Position numbers and translations under genes: made by a program. Shown here piece by piece: positions 34,805-40,262 of a stretch of 40,262 bases of DNA. The notes beneath the pieces were generated by a model, which saw only the letters and a list, made by a program, of their open reading frames with translations, did no database searches and was not told where the DNA came from. Within the stretch, counting starts at the first letter, position 1, and every line of letters begins with the position of its first letter. Source of the stretch: Candidatus Paceibacter sp. (GTDB lineage: Bacteria > Patescibacteriota > Patescibacteriia > DYGC01); contig DYGC01000003.1 in assembly GCA_020724925.1 (NCBI GenBank), forward strand, positions 1 to 40,262, in the 5' to 3' direction.

Positions 34805-35917
34805 CTAAATATATTTTCTCTCAATCAACGGATTGATTCTGGTGACTACTTCATAATTAATGGTGCCGATTTTCTCGGCGATTTGATCAGCTGTCTGCCC
34901 CGCTCCCAGTAAAATCACATCATCATTGTAACCCAAGGCAGGTAAATCACTTAAATCAATCATTGTTAAATTCATGCAAATACGTCCTAAAACCGGGCAG
35001 GCCACTCCCCTAATGATAACTTCCCCTTTGTTGCCTAACCGACGATCATAACCATCCCAATAGCCAATCGGTAAAACGCCCAAAATCGTATCACGTTTGA
35101 CTTGATGACTGTTACCATAACCGACAAACGAGCCGGCCGGAATCTTTTTGATATGAATCAATTTAGTCTGCCAAGTCAAAGCCGGTTTTAATTGGACTTT
35201 ATGCCCAAAATGCGGTTTTAAAGATTTGTCCGGCCACAAACCGTACAAACTGATGCCCAAACGTGTCAAACTAAATGCGCCCAAATCTTGTAAAACCAAA
35301 CTCGCGGCACTACAGGCAATATGATATGACAAATTTGATTTTAAGACTTCAAATTGATCCCTAAGCGCTTTAAATTTATCTAGTTGCGCGATTGTATATT
35401 CCAAATTTTCCTCAGATGAGGCGAAATGCGAGTAAACACCTTGCCAATCTAAAAACTTTTTCTCAGACAAAGCTTGGGCCAAAGCAAAAGCCTCATCCGC
35501 CAAAACGCCGACGCGTCCGGCACCGGTATCCACTTTTAAATGCGTTTTTATTTTCTGATTGACTGACGCACCATAATCGTCCAATTGCTTCAACATTTCT
35601 TGATGATAAACCGGTAAAGACAATAAAAATAATTTATCAATGGGAATGGATTTTAACTCCGCCGACGACCAAAAACTTAAAACAAAAATCGGACAATTTA
35701 CCCCCGCTTGTAATAATTGCAAAGCTTCTTCCAGAGAAACAACCGCCAAAATATCTACTTTATCCGCTAAAAATTTGGCCACTTCAAGCATCCCATGACC
35801 GTAAGCATTACTTTTAACCACCGCCATAATTGGCGTTTGGCTACTGAGTAATTTTTTATATTCTTGATAATTGTGTTGAATTGCCGCCAAATCAACAATC
35901 ACTTGACTGGAACTCAT
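34805..35917 (-). CDS. alr: Alanine racemase
   Basis: AVVKSNAYGHG (PLP Lys), HLKVDTG, SHFAS, RLGISLYG, VGYG, GRICMN, IGTINYEV. Confidence 0.96.
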   Translation of the reverse strand: MSSSQVIVDLAAIQHNYQEYKKLLSSQTPIMAVVKSNAYGHGMLEVAKFLADKVDILAVVSLEEALQLLQAGVNCPIFVLSFWSSAELKSIPIDKLFLLSLPVYHQEMLKQLDDYGASVNQKIKTHLKVDTGAGRVGVLADEAFALAQALSEKKFLDWQGVYSHFASSEENLEYTIAQLDKFKALRDQFEVLKSNLSYHIACSAASLVLQDLGAFSLTRLGISLYGLWPDKSLKPHFGHKVQLKPALTWQTKLIHIKKIPAGSFVGYGNSHQVKRDTILGVLPIGYWDGYDRRLGNKGEVIIRGVACPVLGRICMNLTMIDLSDLPALGYNDDVILLGAGQTADQIAEKIGTINYEVVTRINPLIERKYI

Positions 35918-35929
35918 AAACGTTAATTA

Positions 35930-36862
35930 CTATTGATAAAAGATTTTCTCCTTAATACGCAGATCAATATATTGCAAAGCGTTTTTATCCACTTGCTTTA
36001 AATAAAACTTATAAAAAACATGGAATTTTTTCAACTGGGATAAAACATCCAGGTTTAAATCAAAATAAATATCAAAACCATGTAAGGTTTTTACTTCCAA
36101 ATTACGACTGATATCATCACGGAAAGAAAAATCAACCGGTTTTAACAAATCATAAAATTTTAAATAACTGAAAACTTCCAAAATTTTTACCAAAGTTTCC
36201 GGCTGAATGGGAATGTTTTCATTGGCCGGACATTGCGGCTGCCAAGTTTTAATAATTGGATATTCCCCTAAACCGGACATGTTAATAGTACCAAAAATCT
36301 TATTATCGCGCGTCTCCGCTGATTCAAAAAAAGAATTATTGGCTTTCACATCATTGATTAAACGGCCGTCACTTTCAAAAGCGTAAAGTTTATTTTCACA
36401 TTGCCAGTAACCGGCGATTTCTTTATAGCGTAGTTCGATTGTGATGGTGTTCCTTTCCACTTTGCGAATCAACACATCGGACAAACCGGAATCAAAAGCC
36501 AATAAACGATTTTTCAATTCAGCCTTATCCATCAAAAACAAATTACTTTCTTTAAATCCCCAATGACGTTCCCGCAAAAAATCCTGGGCCAAACTTTTTA
36601 TCGCGTAATCATCGGCGATGTTTAACACTTCCACATTTTTAATGTTAAAAAATGAGGAAAACAAAAGCCAATAAGCAATCACCAATAAACTAATCATCAG
36701 GGAAGAATAAAATAAAAAATCAGTAAAAGCTCCCCAATTCCAAGATGAGAAATCAAAACGTTTTTTACTCGGACGACGATCAATAAAATACGGATTAGCC
36801 GAGACGCTTTGATGACGATGATACTTTAATAACGGTTTGTTTGAATTTTTTTGCTGAAACAT
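35930..36862 (-). CDS. FtsQ/DivIB-like cell division protein
   Basis: Cytoplasmic N-terminus, one TM helix, FFNIKNVEV (POTRA-like), C-terminal YIDLRIKEKIFY. Confidence 0.75.
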   Translation of the reverse strand: MFQQKNSNKPLLKYHRHQSVSANPYFIDRRPSKKRFDFSSWNWGAFTDFLFYSSLMISLLVIAYWLLFSSFFNIKNVEVLNIADDYAIKSLAQDFLRERHWGFKESNLFLMDKAELKNRLLAFDSGLSDVLIRKVERNTITIELRYKEIAGYWQCENKLYAFESDGRLINDVKANNSFFESAETRDNKIFGTINMSGLGEYPIIKTWQPQCPANENIPIQPETLVKILEVFSYLKFYDLLKPVDFSFRDDISRNLEVKTLHGFDIYFDLNLDVLSQLKKFHVFYKFYLKQVDKNALQYIDLRIKEKIFYQ

Positions 36863-36875
36863 TGCGTTTCAATTT

Positions 36876-38168
36876 TTATTTTTGATTCAAAATAATTTTT
36901 TCACGATTGAAGAAATATGGTTGTAAGGCTTTCGGTATATTGATATTACCATCAGAATCTTGATGATTTTCCACAAAAGCGATGATGGCACGCGCCAAGG
37001 AAATCGCCGTACCGTTTAAGGTATGGACAAAAGCTTTTTGATCGCCATCACTGTATTTGATATTCAAGCGACGTGCTTGGTAATCGGTGCAATTGGAACA
37101 GCTGGTGACTTCGCCCCAATCCCCCATAGGATGATTTTCATCACGCTTCATGGTCATCCAAGCTTCCAAATCATATTTTTTGTAAGCCGGACCGCCCAAA
37201 TCACCGCTGCAGATTTTAATAACGCGAAAAGGAATTTCCAAATCATTAAAAATTTCCATTTCAATTTCTTTCAGTAACTCCAAAATTTCCGCACTTTGTT
37301 CCGGTGTGCTGAAAATAAACATTTCTAATTTGCTGAATTGATGGACACGATATAAACCTTTGGAAGTACGACCATAAGCGCCCGCTTCAGTGCGGAAACA
37401 ATGAGATAACCCCAAATATTTTAAAGGCAAAAGCTCTTTATTCAAAACTTCTTCCTTATGATATCCGCCCAAAGAAATTTCCGCCGTACCGATTAAACTG
37501 CTGTCTTCACCTTCAATGTTATAAATTTGTTTTTCAGCGCCGCGCGGATTAAAACCGGTTCCCAAAATCACTTCGTTCAAAGCCAAATCCGGCGTACTGA
37601 ACATTTGAAACCCAAATTTATTCACCACCTTATCTAAAGTGAATTGGATTAAAGCTTGTTCCAATAAGGCGATATCATTCTTTAAAAAATAAAATTTAGC
37701 CCCGGAAACTTTGGCGCCACGTTCAAAATCCAAATAATTATCATTCAATAATTCGGTATGATCTTTTGGTTCAAAAGCAAATTTTACTTCTTTCACGGAA
37801 CGATAAATTTCCACGTTATCTTCATCGGTCGCGCCAATCGGACTGTCTTCACTGGTTAAATTCGGGATTTCCAACCAAATTTTTTTAAATTCCGCCTGCG
37901 CTTCTTCCAAGCGGGGCTCTTTTACTTTCATTTCTTCTTTAATTTGATTGACCTCGGCTGATAATTTCTCTTTCTCACTATCCGTGGCTTGCGGGAATTG
38001 CTTGCTGATTTCGTTGCGCTTGGCTTTCAACACATCCAACTCTTGAATCAAACGATTGCGCTCATCCAACAAATCATAAAATCGCCCGATATCCACTTTC
38101 ATGTTGCGGTTCTTGATGTTTTCTTCCACCAAAGCCCGATTTTCCTTTAAAAAGTTTAAATCCAACAT
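36876..38168 (-). CDS. serS: Serine--tRNA ligase
   Basis: N-terminal coiled arm, IGTAE, CFRTEAG, GLYRVHQFSKLE, SCSNCTDYQARR, HTLNGT. Confidence 0.97.
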   Translation of the reverse strand: MLDLNFLKENRALVEENIKNRNMKVDIGRFYDLLDERNRLIQELDVLKAKRNEISKQFPQATDSEKEKLSAEVNQIKEEMKVKEPRLEEAQAEFKKIWLEIPNLTSEDSPIGATDEDNVEIYRSVKEVKFAFEPKDHTELLNDNYLDFERGAKVSGAKFYFLKNDIALLEQALIQFTLDKVVNKFGFQMFSTPDLALNEVILGTGFNPRGAEKQIYNIEGEDSSLIGTAEISLGGYHKEEVLNKELLPLKYLGLSHCFRTEAGAYGRTSKGLYRVHQFSKLEMFIFSTPEQSAEILELLKEIEMEIFNDLEIPFRVIKICSGDLGGPAYKKYDLEAWMTMKRDENHPMGDWGEVTSCSNCTDYQARRLNIKYSDGDQKAFVHTLNGTAISLARAIIAFVENHQDSDGNINIPKALQPYFFNREKIILNQK

Positions 38169-38173
38169 AATAT

Positions 38174-39703
38174 TTATTCTTTATCTTGATTATTTTCTTG
38201 ATTTTGTGACTTCGGGCGCATTAACGGGAACAAAACCACGTCCCGCAAATTGCTTTGACCGGTCAATAAAGTCAAAATACGATCCACGCCCATACCCCAA
38301 CCGGAAATCGGTGGCATGCCATATTTCATGCAGTCAATAAACTCATCATCACCATACATTGCTTCTTCATCCCCTTCGGCTTGTGCTTGAGCTTGCTCTT
38401 TAAAACGTTGTTCTTGATCCAAAGGATCGACCAACTCGGAATAAGCCTTGCCCAATTCCCAACCGTTTAAAATAATTTGAAATTGATCAACCATTTCCGG
38501 ATTTTTATCATTACGACGAGCCAAAGGTTGCAATTCCACCGGGTATTCATACAAAAACAACGGACCTAGTAATTTCGGTCTAGACATTTTTTTGTAAACA
38601 TAATCAACCAAAGTGGAATAACTCATTTTGTCTGATTCTTCGATTTCGATCCCTTTCTTGGCAATGATTTTACGCAATTCTTCCACGGTTTTCACTTCAT
38701 TCAAATCAATACCAGTATCATTTTTAATTAATTCCATATAACTGATACGTGGCCAAGGGGTAGTAAAATCCACTTCTCTAAATTCGCCGTCCTTACCCTG
38801 AATGGACATTTTTCGCGGCAAATTCAAAGTATCAAACAAATAATCAAACATTTTTTCAGTGAATTTGATATTATCTTCAAAATTCCAATAAGCGCAATAA
38901 TGTTCCAAATGAGTATGCTCAGGCAAATGTGACGGATCAAAACCCTCATTGCGGAAAGCTTTTCCCAATTCAAAAATCTTTTCAAAACCACCGACAATCA
39001 ACTCTTTCAGCGGCAGTTCGTGGGAAATGCGCAAATAAACGTCAATATCCAAACCATTATTATGCGTGATATAAGGACGGGCGTTGGCGCCGGTCGGTGA
39101 ATGCAACAAAGTGGAAGTTTCCACTTCTTGAAAACCCTCTTTCCAATAAAATTCACGAAGCGCTTTAATAAATTGGCTGCGGAATAAAAATCTATTCATG
39201 GTTTCCTGATCACTAATCAAATCCAAATAACGTTGGCGATATTTCACTTCCTGATCTTGCAAACCATGGAACTTTCCCGGTAATGGTTTCAAAGCCTTGC
39301 CCAAGAACATAAAATCTTTCACCAAAATGGTTTTCTCACCTTTATGAGTGACAAACAATTCTCCTTCCACACCGATAAAATCACCCAAATCAAAATGTTT
39401 TACAAAAAAATCATATTTGTCTTTGCCGACTTCATCCGCTTTAAAAGCGATTTGATAACGGCCGCTGTAATCCTGAATATGAGCGAAACATAGTTTTCCC
39501 ATATCACGAATCAAAACCAAACGTCCGGCGGTTTTTACTTTTTCCCCTTCCGCCAATTCAAAAGTATCCTTCAGAGAACAATCTTTATCATAACGTTCAG
39601 GATAAGTTTGCACGCCCATTTTTTCCAAATCGCGTAACTTTTTCAAACGAATCAACTCTTCATTGTTGACATCAATTTCCGGATTAAAATTTTCGTCGGC
39701 CAT
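38174..39703 (-). CDS. lysS: Lysine--tRNA ligase (class II)
   Basis: OB-fold, YRQRYLDL, GANARPY, FRNEG, YGMPP...GMGVDR...VVLFP. Confidence 0.97.
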   Translation of the reverse strand: MADENFNPEIDVNNEELIRLKKLRDLEKMGVQTYPERYDKDCSLKDTFELAEGEKVKTAGRLVLIRDMGKLCFAHIQDYSGRYQIAFKADEVGKDKYDFFVKHFDLGDFIGVEGELFVTHKGEKTILVKDFMFLGKALKPLPGKFHGLQDQEVKYRQRYLDLISDQETMNRFLFRSQFIKALREFYWKEGFQEVETSTLLHSPTGANARPYITHNNGLDIDVYLRISHELPLKELIVGGFEKIFELGKAFRNEGFDPSHLPEHTHLEHYCAYWNFEDNIKFTEKMFDYLFDTLNLPRKMSIQGKDGEFREVDFTTPWPRISYMELIKNDTGIDLNEVKTVEELRKIIAKKGIEIEESDKMSYSTLVDYVYKKMSRPKLLGPLFLYEYPVELQPLARRNDKNPEMVDQFQIILNGWELGKAYSELVDPLDQEQRFKEQAQAQAEGDEEAMYGDDEFIDCMKYGMPPISGWGMGVDRILTLLTGQSNLRDVVLFPLMRPKSQNQENNQDKE

Positions 39704-39711
39704 AAAATTAT

Positions 39712-40167
39712 TTATTTAATTTCTAAAATTTGATATTCCATTTTGCCGCTCGGTGTTTCCACCAAACACTTGTCACCCACTTTCTTGCCCATTAAGGCTT
39801 GGGATAACGGTGATTGATCAGAAATTTTCTTTTGTAAAGGATTAGCTTCGGCAAAACTGACAATTTCCAAATCCATTTTCAAATTATTATTAACGCAATT
39901 CACTAAAACCTTAGACCCCAAACCCACGCACTCAGTGTCCTGGCACGTCCCTACCACTTCCGCGTACTTCAAGATTTCCTCGATTTCTTTGATGCGACCT
40001 TCATTAAAACCTTGAGCATCGCGTGCTTCATGGTAAGAAGCGTTTTCTCGCAAATCCCCCATATCTTTGGCTTTTTTAATGTTTTCGCTAATCGCCGGCC
40101 GTTGCGCAATGCGGTCTTCCAATTCGGTTTTTAACTTGTCATAAGCGCTTTGCGTAATTTGTGCCAT
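39712..40167 (-). CDS. greA: Transcription elongation factor GreA
   Basis: GDLRENASYHEA, KISDQSPLSQALMGKKVGD...TPSG. Confidence 0.95.
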   Translation of the reverse strand: MAQITQSAYDKLKTELEDRIAQRPAISENIKKAKDMGDLRENASYHEARDAQGFNEGRIKEIEEILKYAEVVGTCQDTECVGLGSKVLVNCVNNNLKMDLEIVSFAEANPLQKKISDQSPLSQALMGKKVGDKCLVETPSGKMEYQILEIK

Positions 40168-40198
40168 AGCAATCGTTTTTTACTGTTTTAACTATCTA

Positions 40199-40227
40199 AT
40201 TTTACTTGATTAAAGGGGATTTTTCAA
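40199..40227 (-). promoter_or_regulatory. Putative promoter of greA-lysS-serS-ftsQ-alr
   Basis: On -, TTGAAA-17 bp-TAAAAT, 31 bp upstream of the greA ATG. Confidence 0.6.
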
Positions 40228-40262
40228 GAAGCAATCACCGCCCCGCCGATTACCTTCCCGCC

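Noticed and set aside
1-40262. Alternative genetic code (UGA=Gly), and tRNA or rRNA genes
   Set aside because: Conserved genes are full length under code 11 and xer ends at TGA; no cloverleaf or rRNA-like segment was seen in the intergenic gaps by eye.

Overview
Chromosomal segment from a bacterium that looks like Patescibacteria (CPR, Parcubacteria-like). This lineage call is an inference from AT-rich, mostly Shine-Dalgarno-less starts, a short ProRS, a CPR-type MurE, a GerMN protein and a 'GRLLLxV..G..WYV' repeat protein. TGA is used as a stop, so the standard code applies. Genes run almost entirely on + from 1 to ~33.9 kb: surface and hypothetical proteins, clpP, xer, murE, UvrD-nuclease fusion, dciA, proS, mreBCD-mrdA, a 2005-aa SpvB/FG-GAP/RHS toxin-like protein, M23 peptidase, DUF1704, gltX and recJ. 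After that they run on -: alr, ftsQ-like, serS, lysS and greA. At the switch lies a near-palindromic 11-6-11 dif-like site (33929-33956) flanked by two small convergent monocistronic ORFs, which suggests the replication terminus. Best novelty candidates are: (1) a ~709-aa protein with two tandem GGDEF/Cas10-palm-like modules, translationally coupled to an unknown protein and with no CRISPR context; (2) the symmetric dif site with a single Xer; (3) a signal-peptide-bearing fused TcB/TcC-like RHS toxin with no adjacent immunity gene, placed after the elongasome genes; (4) an MreB lacking canonical catalytic residues; (5) three families of intergenic palindromic repeats. All family calls come from motifs read by eye; no searches were run.
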